From a virus (Duplodnaviria > Heunggongvirae > Uroviricota > Caudoviricetes): a DNA stretch of 64,000 bases. Shown piece by piece: positions 1-7,199 of this stretch; position 1 is the stretch's first letter; each line of letters starts with the position of its first letter. A model generated the notes under the pieces. The model worked only from the letters and a program-made list of their open reading frames with translations. It was not told the DNA's origin and made no database searches. Location of the stretch: positions 1 through 64,000 of the IMG/VR virus record IMGVR_UViG_3300010429_001387, one strand, 5' to 3'. The translations under genes and the position numbers were made by a program.

Positions 1-649
1 CAACAACAATATCAGTATATGATTCAAGATTATCTTTATCATAGGTTGTTAATCGAATCTTGGCAATCAATCCAGTCTCAGTTGTAGATGTTATAATCCA
101 ACCTTGAACAGAAAGTGGCATTCGAAAACACCAAACCTTACCAATATTAAATACATCCTCAATTGCGGATTCATCGATAACAGGAGTAAAGGAAAGATCC
201 GGATTCAATGTATACGTATCATCATAGGTTAATGAGACTTTTGGTGTGTCATGTTGCCATTGGATATATTTCTCAATACATTGATTAATCTTGTCGAGTG
301 AATTTGACCAAAACCACATATTGTAAGTAAGGTCAACTGGATTTGCTTTCAATGTTTGGGTATTACCATCTATGGTAGCATATAATCCTCGACGAGCCAC
401 AATTGTCCGTTGTCGTTTCCAAGAAAATGCTACTTGTGTACGATAGATATTAATAAAGTCTAAGAATGTTTTTCCTCGTTTTTCAGCAACCCAACGACGA
501 GCAATTCCTTTTGGACATAATACAACTCCTTGATTAATCGAGTCAGCTGCAGTATCTCCTAAGGTATTGATTCCTAAAATAGAACCAAAACGTGTATATG
601 CTAATGTTCGAATTGCAACATCATACGAATAGAGAAACGAATCAGCCAC
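1..649 (-). CDS. Hypothetical protein, partial; it runs off the window start
   Basis: The minus-strand frame with codon starts at positions 2 mod 3 is free of stops from nt 1 to about 661. Candidate starts are GTG at 649 or ATG at 319. It is absent from the ORF track because its stop lies outside the window. Confidence 0.3.
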   Translation of the reverse strand, partial: MADSFLYSYDVAIRTLAYTRFGSILGINTLGDTAADSINQGVVLCPKGIARRWVAEKRGKTFLDFINIYRTQVAFSWKRQRTIVARRGLYATIDGNTQTLKANPVDLTYNMWFWSNSLDKINQCIEKYIQWQHDTPKVSLTYDDTYTLNPDLSFTPVIDESAIEDVFNIGKVWCFRMPLSVQGWIITSTTETGLIAKIRLTTYDKDNLESYTDIVV

Positions 650-849
650 GTGTATTTTCTTTCAATATTTGTAAGAAACAGTCAAGAACGAGATTTTCAA
701 AGCTTAAAATTCGAGGTCGAAGATTCTTCGAAAACCACCATTCAGCAAATCCTTCTGGCCCAACGGAGCCACATTTCTTAGCATCCATATATTGTTTGTG
801 CAACAGTACAGACGTAAGAAGAGCTCCCATGCCATATTTTTGCACATAT

Positions 850-1071
850 TTAATCGAAAAGTCGAGTTTTACAATTGCATTCATTAACTTCACCAAGATC
901 ATAAGTAACAATAACTTTTCCGGACAGATCAGGAATATTTTTCACATTTTTGTTTCGAACTGTATTTCCGGGAGGAACAATACACTGATTACCATCTGAT
1001 TCCAATAATGTTATTGATATAGATGATATGTTCTTTAATTCTTTAATCCTCATTGCTATTCCTTTAGACAT
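850..1071 (-). CDS. Hypothetical small protein (73 aa)
   Basis: ORF on the coding strand shared with its neighbours. Next to its start at 1071 lies a conserved 'ctcgtttaactgtt' sequence that recurs at the 3' ends of the LRR-like paralogs. Confidence 0.3.
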   Translation of the reverse strand: MSKGIAMRIKELKNISSISITLLESDGNQCIVPPGNTVRNKNVKNIPDLSGKVIVTYDLGEVNECNCKTRLFD

Positions 1072-1098
1072 ATTCTCGTTTAACTGTTAGAGAAATTA

Positions 1099-1587
1099 TC
1101 AAACATTAACTCTCCTTGGTGCAGCCGCATAAATTCTTGTTAATACTGCATCATGCATATTTGCAATCGCCACATCAACCACTTCAAATTCTTCAGTTCC
1201 TACATAATTAGCTGGAATAAATTCAGGGGATATTCTAAAATAAGATCGTAATACAACATCAATAGCTACTTCACTTCCAGCATTTGAGCCTTCTAATGCT
1301 GTTGCAACATTTCCAAATCTTACTAAAATAGGAAGTTGCCCATCATCTGTAAACAATCCCAATTTTTTAAGTTTGTTCATAGATGGTTTCCATTCAATAA
1401 ACACATTCGCTGTGTAGGATGTGTAAACAAGATCCTCTGGCACTGAATATATATCCAATTTTTCAGCTTCTGAATATGTTGTATTGGTAGGAATAAATAA
1501 AGTGCAGGCTATGCCTATAATGTCTAATGCAACATCGACATAATTCCTAACAACATCAATTGTCCGACGTGGAATAAGCTTCGACAT
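1099..1587 (-). CDS. Hypothetical protein (162 aa)
   Basis: 162-aa ORF. Its start overlaps the stop of the upstream gene at 1587, which suggests translational coupling. Confidence 0.5.
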   Translation of the reverse strand: MSKLIPRRTIDVVRNYVDVALDIIGIACTLFIPTNTTYSEAEKLDIYSVPEDLVYTSYTANVFIEWKPSMNKLKKLGLFTDDGQLPILVRFGNVATALEGSNAGSEVAIDVVLRSYFRISPEFIPANYVGTEEFEVVDVAIANMHDAVLTRIYAAAPRRVNV

Positions 1588-1823
1588 TATATTTTCTCGA
1601 TTTCAAAACCAAATACAGTTTCCAAATACGAAATCAACGGTTGTATTCCACCGTCATTAAATTCTAACCAAGCATCTTCAAGATCATTAGCAGTCATCAA
1701 ATCACGATTATGCCAAGTAACCTCATATCCATGTTTTTCGATTGTATCTAATAGTCTATGGTATGAATCTTCAGGTGCTGCTCGAAAATCCTCATTTAGT
1801 TTATCAACTAGATTATGGTACAT
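1587..1823 (-). CDS. Hypothetical protein (78 aa)
   Basis: Compact ORF with the same orientation and tight spacing as its neighbours. Confidence 0.45.
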   Translation of the reverse strand: MYHNLVDKLNEDFRAAPEDSYHRLLDTIEKHGYEVTWHNRDLMTANDLEDAWLEFNDGGIQPLISYLETVFGFEIEKI

Positions 1824-1832
1824 ATGTTGTCC

Positions 1833-2399
1833 TTATCTTAAATAGTCTCGTTTAACTGTTTGTTTGAGTTTTTCCTTCGGAACCAAATTATCACTACAAA
1901 AGAAAACTCCTTTTACTTCAAGAGGAGCTCCTTCAAGAGAAGTTAATCGATTCCCCATACATTTGAAATTACCATTTATTACTTTAGGAACTCCGATTAA
2001 CGAAGTTATTTTATTAAAAGAACAATTAAAATCTTTTCCGACTCTTTTAGGAGCATCATAAAGAGAAATCAATTCATTATTGTCACAATAAAAACTTCCG
2101 CGTACGTCGATTGGACATCCTTTTAATGAAGTCAGCTGATTGTAACTACAATCAAAATGTCCTTTTACTTCTTTAAATTTAACAGGAAGTTGAGTTAAAT
2201 GTAAATCGAATAAATCAACATCATATTTACATGAATATGTTCCATCATCATTTAAAATCCATTCTTGTTCTTTTACTAAACGTTCAATTCTATCTTTTAA
2301 TCGTTCGTCTCGTTCCGCTTTCGAGATCGGCTGGAATGCCGAGTCGAAGTCGGATTCTTCGAATACGTGAATTAGAGATTCATGGAGTTTAGAGAACAT
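1833..2399 (-). CDS. LRR-like tandem-repeat protein, paralog C (about 5 degenerate 22-aa repeats)
   Basis: N-terminal about 55 aa conserved with ORFs 3019..3519 and 4457..5020. Repeats follow the pattern 'F-C--N-LTSL-G-P--V-G-'. The C-terminus 'KQTVKRDYL' is conserved. Confidence 0.6.
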   Translation of the reverse strand: MFSKLHESLIHVFEESDFDSAFQPISKAERDERLKDRIERLVKEQEWILNDDGTYSCKYDVDLFDLHLTQLPVKFKEVKGHFDCSYNQLTSLKGCPIDVRGSFYCDNNELISLYDAPKRVGKDFNCSFNKITSLIGVPKVINGNFKCMGNRLTSLEGAPLEVKGVFFCSDNLVPKEKLKQTVKRDYLR

Positions 2400-3022
2400 T
2401 ACCCAATTCCTAATTCTCTCTTAATATCTGCATAATCTATTGAATTATCTTCTTCATCAAAACACTCTTTTGTTCCAGCAGGACCAACTGCAACAGCATA
2501 CTTTTTATTGTGGGTTTTATCAATCACAACATAAATTGTGATTCCTCCTTCCCAGTATTGATCCCACCAAGTCGCTGTTTTTCCAGAAATACACCATTTA
2601 GTATTAGCTCCATAAAAACATGACGCTTTGTGTGATTTTAATTTCACTATAAGGTATTTGTTTGTTTCTTGGATAATTTCAGAACCTTCTTCTTTGGCTT
2701 GCTTTTTAACTTCACCTTTAGTTTTTACTTTTGACCTATTTTGGATCAAATCATCCAATGATTCTAAATCGTAGGTATAGATATTAGATTCGTCTTTTTG
2801 TACAATTTTACGATTTACAAGGGGATCAAAAGCTTTTACAACATCAATAATATGACGTTGTCTAGTAGGATTTTGTAGATATTGTTTAAGCATCCACTGC
2901 AGATATTTCTTGCTTTTCGAAGGATCTTCTTTAAGAAATAATTCAAAAGCCTCTGCAGATACTTTATTAGTGTCGACATATTGTTGGTGAAGTTCTTTTG
3001 TGCCTTCTTCAAGATATTTCAT
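2399..3022 (-). CDS. Hypothetical protein of a 'TxWC'-motif family (paralog of 20117..20872)
   Basis: Shares 'KASCFYGANTKWCISG...TWWD...YVVIDK' with 'KASQWFCRGTRWCLGS...TYWE...YVLILK' in the other ORF. Its start and stop overlap the neighbouring genes. Confidence 0.55.
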   Translation of the reverse strand: MKYLEEGTKELHQQYVDTNKVSAEAFELFLKEDPSKSKKYLQWMLKQYLQNPTRQRHIIDVVKAFDPLVNRKIVQKDESNIYTYDLESLDDLIQNRSKVKTKGEVKKQAKEEGSEIIQETNKYLIVKLKSHKASCFYGANTKWCISGKTATWWDQYWEGGITIYVVIDKTHNKKYAVAVGPAGTKECFDEEDNSIDYADIKRELGIG

Positions 3023-3519
3023 AGATAGTCTCGTTTAACTGTTTGTTTTAACTGTTGTTCAGGGACAGGATTACGATAACAATCAAAATATCCTCCAACA
3101 TGTGCAGGTGCACCCTGGAGTGATGTTAGTCTGTTTCCACGACAAAAAAAATTTCCTCTAACATGTGCAGGTGCACCTTGGAGTGATGTTAGGTTGTTTT
3201 GGGAACAACTAAAATCTCCACCAACATGTGCAGGTGCACCTTGGAGAGATGTTAATTGGTTATGGAAACAATAAAAATGTCCTCTAACTTCCTTAAACGT
3301 AACAGGAAGTTTAGTTAAATGTAAATCGAAGAGATATACAGTCCCTTCACAAGAATAACTCCCGTCGGGATTTTGTATCCAGGATTGTTCTTTTGCTAAA
3401 CGTTCTATTTTTTGTTTGAGACGTTCGTCATATTCTTCGGGCGAAACCGGCTGGAATGCCGAATCGAAGTCGGATTCTTCAAATATTTGTTGAAGATTAT
3501 CGAAAAGTTGATAATACAT
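3019..3519 (-). CDS. LRR-like tandem-repeat protein, paralog B (3 near-identical 22-aa repeats)
   Basis: Three 66-bp tandem DNA repeats encode 'NxLTSLQGAPAHVxGxFxC'. The N- and C-termini are conserved with the paralogs. Confidence 0.6.
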   Translation of the reverse strand: MYYQLFDNLQQIFEESDFDSAFQPVSPEEYDERLKQKIERLAKEQSWIQNPDGSYSCEGTVYLFDLHLTKLPVTFKEVRGHFYCFHNQLTSLQGAPAHVGGDFSCSQNNLTSLQGAPAHVRGNFFCRGNRLTSLQGAPAHVGGYFDCYRNPVPEQQLKQTVKRDYL

Positions 3520-4436
3520 TACTTAATCCCCAGCATACTTTTTAGTTTAACAACATCTTCAGTTTCAATTTCATCATCTTGCATTAACTCGTTTAAATCT
3601 CCAATAATTTTCAAATACTGATATTTTGCTAAAAACTTAAAAGCTGCATTAGCATCATTCCAATCTTTTGCCAGCTTAACATCCTTTAACAACTCATCGG
3701 GAGATTTTTCTGGCATCTCAATGCTGCGAGCATCAATCCAAATTTTGCGTAAATCATAAAGTTTTTGAATATCAGCTTCAATTTCTTGTAATTTCGCTTT
3801 AGCTAATTGTAAGAATTTCTGTCGTTGGGCTTTTGACATGTTTACCATTGCTTTATGCAACGTATCAAAATCAATCGTATCTCGTTTTAATTCGCCTAAC
3901 AACATATCTGCTTCTTTAAAGGAATCTTGCATTCCCTTTAAAATCCCAGAATAATCTTGCATGGGGTCATAATCCGGTGGAACAATTCTTGGACCTTTAA
4001 TCCAAGCATTTGTTAATAGATCATAAACTCCTTCAGATCGATAGTCCTGCAAAGGATTAAACTGTATGGATATTTCGATCGGATGCTGACCAATAAAAGC
4101 ATCTAAGTCGGTTTGATGTTTTTCAAACCACTTACGAACTTCTTTAGCATCTTTTTCCGTCCATGGGGTTTTTGGAATTATATGCACATCAATATCTGTA
4201 TCTTCTGTATATTGATTTGTTGTAATTGACCCCACTATGTGAATTTGGTCTGCAAGCTCCTGAATATTAACAGTCGGATGTTGTTGCATTACTTTGTATA
4301 TCTTAGCTGCAACAGTATCTCGGAGCTTGTAGATACCATTTGGTTGTTTATCCCAAACCTGCAAATCCAATCCGGCTCGAGGATAATCGAGAAGTGATTC
4401 TTGGATTAGTTGGATTTTATTAAAAAGGTTTTGCAA
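3519..4436 (-). CDS. Pol-beta-superfamily nucleotidyltransferase
   Basis: 'VGSITTNQYTEDTDIDVHII' matches the hG[GS]x9-13Dh[DE]h NTase signature. An alpha-helical C-terminal half follows. The stop codon is shared with the downstream paralog. Confidence 0.6.
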   Translation of the reverse strand: MQNLFNKIQLIQESLLDYPRAGLDLQVWDKQPNGIYKLRDTVAAKIYKVMQQHPTVNIQELADQIHIVGSITTNQYTEDTDIDVHIIPKTPWTEKDAKEVRKWFEKHQTDLDAFIGQHPIEISIQFNPLQDYRSEGVYDLLTNAWIKGPRIVPPDYDPMQDYSGILKGMQDSFKEADMLLGELKRDTIDFDTLHKAMVNMSKAQRQKFLQLAKAKLQEIEADIQKLYDLRKIWIDARSIEMPEKSPDELLKDVKLAKDWNDANAAFKFLAKYQYLKIIGDLNELMQDDEIETEDVVKLKSMLGIK

Positions 4437-4456
4437 GGAATATTCTCAACTTTTAA

Positions 4457-5020
4457 TTATAAATAGTCTCGTTTAACTGTTTGTTTTAACTGTTGTTCAG
4501 GGACAGGATTACGATAACAATCAAAATATCCTCCAACATGTGCAGGTGCACCTTGGAGAGATGTTAGGTTGTTGTGAGAACAAGAAAAACTGTCTCCAAC
4601 ATGTGCAGGTGCACCCTGGAGAGATGTTAGGTTGTTGTGAGAACAATAAAAAGTTCCGCTTACAAATTGCGGTGCTCCCTCAAGAGAGGTTAATTTATTA
4701 GCATTACAATAAAAACTTCCTCCAACATGTGCTGGAGCACCTTGGAGGGATGTTAGGTTGTTGTGAGAACAATCAAAAGATCCTTTTATTTCTTTAAATT
4801 TTACAGGAAGTTGTGGTAAATTTAAACGATAGAGATTTACATCTCCATTACAGGAAAAAGTCCCATCAGGATTTTGTATCCACTTTTGTTCTTTCTTTAA
4901 ACGTTCAATTGTCTGTTTAATACGTTCTTGATGTTCCTCTTTCGAGATCGGCTGGAATGCCGAATCGAAATCATCTTCCTCGTAGATGTGGATTAAGTTT
5001 TCGAATAATTGATAATACAT
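4457..5020 (-). CDS. LRR-like tandem-repeat protein, paralog A (5 repeats)
   Basis: Five 66-bp tandem repeats encode 'NNLTSLQGAPAHVGGSFxC'. It shares the N-terminus 'MYYQLFENL...DFDSAFQP' and the C-terminus 'VPEQQLKQTVKRDYL'. Confidence 0.6.
   Translation of the reverse strand: MYYQLFENLIHIYEEDDFDSAFQPISKEEHQERIKQTIERLKKEQKWIQNPDGTFSCNGDVNLYRLNLPQLPVKFKEIKGSFDCSHNNLTSLQGAPAHVGGSFYCNANKLTSLEGAPQFVSGTFYCSHNNLTSLQGAPAHVGDSFSCSHNNLTSLQGAPAHVGGYFDCYRNPVPEQQLKQTVKRDYL
4520..4790. repeat. Tandem 66-bp coding repeats (5 copies). Related arrays lie at about 3100-3260 (3 copies) and, degenerate, at about 1900-2200
   Basis: Repeated 'catgtgcaggtgcaccttggagagatgttaggttgttgtgagaaca...' units are visible directly in the sequence. 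Confidence 0.8.
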
Positions 5021-5883
5021 TATTTCATGATCTTTAACAGGACTTTAGGCTTATCAGTTGTAATGAATTCAAAAATAACAGCGTCCTTAACTTCTTTAGT
5101 TTCAGTATGCCAATACCCTGCTTTTTGAAGTCCTTCCGCAACAAGATTAGCTATATCTTCGGGATGATCAATCGTAACTTCTTCATTGATGGATTCTTTG
5201 ATAAGTGAAATGGCTTTAGGTACTAATACCATTTTAAGATACACCATCTTAACATCTTCATCAGGATCAAGTTTAGAAGGATCGACAAAATCTTCCAATG
5301 AACTAAGAGCATCAATCATTTCATCATCTGTGGGCCATTCATTAGGAATCTTACCTGATTCAACTGCATCTCGAACAGCTTTGTTATCGTCTGGAGTAAG
5401 TTCTTCCATCTCACCCACTAGCTCAAGAACACCTTCAGTTAATGTTTTAATTACTTTCTCTTCATTGTCATCTTTGTTAGGGACTTTACCTTCTTTAACA
5501 ACCTTCTCGACTAATTCAGAAGAACAAAATGTACATTTACTTTCATTACTCCGAAATGTCTTAAAACAGGCATTACAAAGATAAAGATCAGACTTCTTAT
5601 TTTCTTTAGCCGCAGCTTTAGGCTTGGGATTTTGTGTATCTTTATCCGGAACTTCTTTCCAAGTCTTGTCATTTTTGAGCTTCGGCTTTGCTTTAGGACC
5701 ATTTAACTCCTGGTCAGAATAGTCTTCCATACCAATTTCTTCAGGAGTATTTTCGGGTTTTTTATCAGCAGGAGTCTGTTGTGGAACTTCAATAAGCTCG
5801 ATCTTTGTTTCTTCAATATCTAATCCAGCTTTCTTAAAAGCGTCATCCTCTCGCATTATATTAAGCAATCCCGTGAATTCCAT
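5020..5883 (-). CDS. Acidic protein with a zinc-ribbon and the 'EGKVPNKDDNEEKVIKTL' motif
   Basis: Contains 'CNACFKTFRSNESKCTFCSS' (CxxC...CxxC). It carries the same 16-aa motif, on a near-identical 47-bp DNA segment, as the giant ORF at 16361..20101. Confidence 0.55.
   Translation of the reverse strand: MEFTGLLNIMREDDAFKKAGLDIEETKIELIEVPQQTPADKKPENTPEEIGMEDYSDQELNGPKAKPKLKNDKTWKEVPDKDTQNPKPKAAAKENKKSDLYLCNACFKTFRSNESKCTFCSSELVEKVVKEGKVPNKDDNEEKVIKTLTEGVLELVGEMEELTPDDNKAVRDAVESGKIPNEWPTDDEMIDALSSLEDFVDPSKLDPDEDVKMVYLKMVLVPKAISLIKESINEEVTIDHPEDIANLVAEGLQKAGYWHTETKEVKDAVIFEFITTDKPKVLLKIMK
5447..5493. repeat. Dispersed 47-bp near-identical segment. Other copies are at 18513..18559 and 19815..19861
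   Basis: 'ttaattactttctcttcattgtcatctttgttagggactttaccttc' occurs three times in two different genes, with one mismatch in the third copy. Confidence 0.85.
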
Positions 5884-5886
5884 GTT

Positions 5887-6372
5887 TTACTCCTTTTCTT
5901 CCAAGTCATCAATAAGTTCAACCTTCTCACCATTCATGTCTGACCAGAAAGTTGACCCTCCTTTACCCTCCCAATCGATCAAATCCTTGCATCGATCATA
6001 TACCTGTCCACCACGACACCAAAAGGCTACTTCATGTCGACGACCTTTCTTGGCTCGTGGTTGCAAAGCTAAAGGATGCAGACAGGCAAATCGCATATTA
6101 AGCAACTTTTGCACTGAATCCGCAACACATTTTTCATCAAGGATCTCATCCAGGATCGCTAATGCACGTTTATCCTTTGGCAACACCTTTGCACCATTGG
6201 CAACAGCTGCATTAAATAACCTTTCCACCCCAGTTGCTGGCATTTTATCAGAATATGATCCTAAAATCCTTAACAAGCGTTTAAACAATTTAAGATCTTT
6301 AGCTTCTAAAATCCTTTTAGCTTTACTCATTGGTATTTTCCTCATTTCCACAAATATCATTAATGCTTTCAA
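5887..6372 (-). CDS. Hypothetical protein (161 aa)
   Basis: ORF on the coding strand. The overlapping plus-strand ORF 5873..6406 is judged spurious. Confidence 0.45.
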   Translation of the reverse strand: MKALMIFVEMRKIPMSKAKRILEAKDLKLFKRLLRILGSYSDKMPATGVERLFNAAVANGAKVLPKDKRALAILDEILDEKCVADSVQKLLNMRFACLHPLALQPRAKKGRRHEVAFWCRGGQVYDRCKDLIDWEGKGGSTFWSDMNGEKVELIDDLEEKE

Positions 6373-7198
6373 TCAATGCTTCAATTGTTGCTTGCGTTTG
6401 TCCTAATGTTGGATAAAATATGTTCTGAATTCGTTTTAATCCAACAACAGATTCTTCAACTTGATCTACAACAAACGGATCATCAACTTGTATTGATAAT
6501 TGATGCTGAAGATCATAGTCAACTTGAGCTTCAAATATCATATCAACATCTCCCATTTGTGAGAGATATCGACAAGCAGCTAAGCATTTGCCAGGAAGAA
6601 CCTTTTCATTGATTTCATTATCGAGAATTTGAGATTCAAGAATATCCAATTTTCCTAAATCCTCCTCCTCATTCTCAATTAAATCTTCGAGTAAAGAATT
6701 AACTGCATTTTCCATGTTTCCTAATAGGACTGTGGGATCTGATGCAGTGAGATTCTCTTTGAGATCAAAACATTGTATCCATCGAGTTGCTATTGTGTTA
6801 AGAGCTTGTAGAATAGGCTTTTGGAAATGTTCGACAATTGCATCTCTTAATCGTTCTTTACGAGATTCGAAAACATCTTCATCTTGATCCGAATCCAATA
6901 ATGGATATGATAAATCAAGATATGAATTCTCATCTAATTGCCCATCAAACATAGAATTAAAAGAAGCCCAATGTTCATGAGGAACATGAATTTGGAGTTG
7001 GTCCTCAAAGCAGACTGTCCGCATTTTGTCTCCTTCAAGGATTTCAATGTTCCATTTGTTCTTTTGACGTTTGAGATCACCCAATGTAGCCTTGACTGCT
7101 CCCATTTGAGATGGAAGGAAAGAAATAGCACTCATTGTAGTTGTCTCGTCTTTGCGAAGCGATTCGCCCATATTTGTTGAGAGATCATAGAAATTCAT
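6323..7198 (-). CDS. Acidic hypothetical protein (291 aa)
   Basis: Long ORF with D/E-rich stretches. It overlaps its neighbours by a few codons. Confidence 0.5.
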   Translation of the reverse strand: MNFYDLSTNMGESLRKDETTTMSAISFLPSQMGAVKATLGDLKRQKNKWNIEILEGDKMRTVCFEDQLQIHVPHEHWASFNSMFDGQLDENSYLDLSYPLLDSDQDEDVFESRKERLRDAIVEHFQKPILQALNTIATRWIQCFDLKENLTASDPTVLLGNMENAVNSLLEDLIENEEEDLGKLDILESQILDNEINEKVLPGKCLAACRYLSQMGDVDMIFEAQVDYDLQHQLSIQVDDPFVVDQVEESVVGLKRIQNIFYPTLGQTQATIEALIESINDICGNEENTNE

Positions 7199-7199
7199 T

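Noticed and set aside
642-911. Track ORF of 89 aa on the minus strand
   Set aside because: It overlaps 850..1071, and a longer open frame (1..about 649) runs off the window edge. It is likely a shadow ORF.
3100-4790. Periodic 66-bp repeats that might suggest a CRISPR array
   Set aside because: The units are contiguous with no unique spacers. They are in frame and encode a protein repeat (NxLTSLxGAP...), and no cas genes are nearby.
5873-6406. Plus-strand ORF of 177 aa
   Set aside because: It completely overlaps the minus-strand genes 5887..6372 and 6323..7198. All supported genes are on the minus strand. Its composition looks like an antisense translation.
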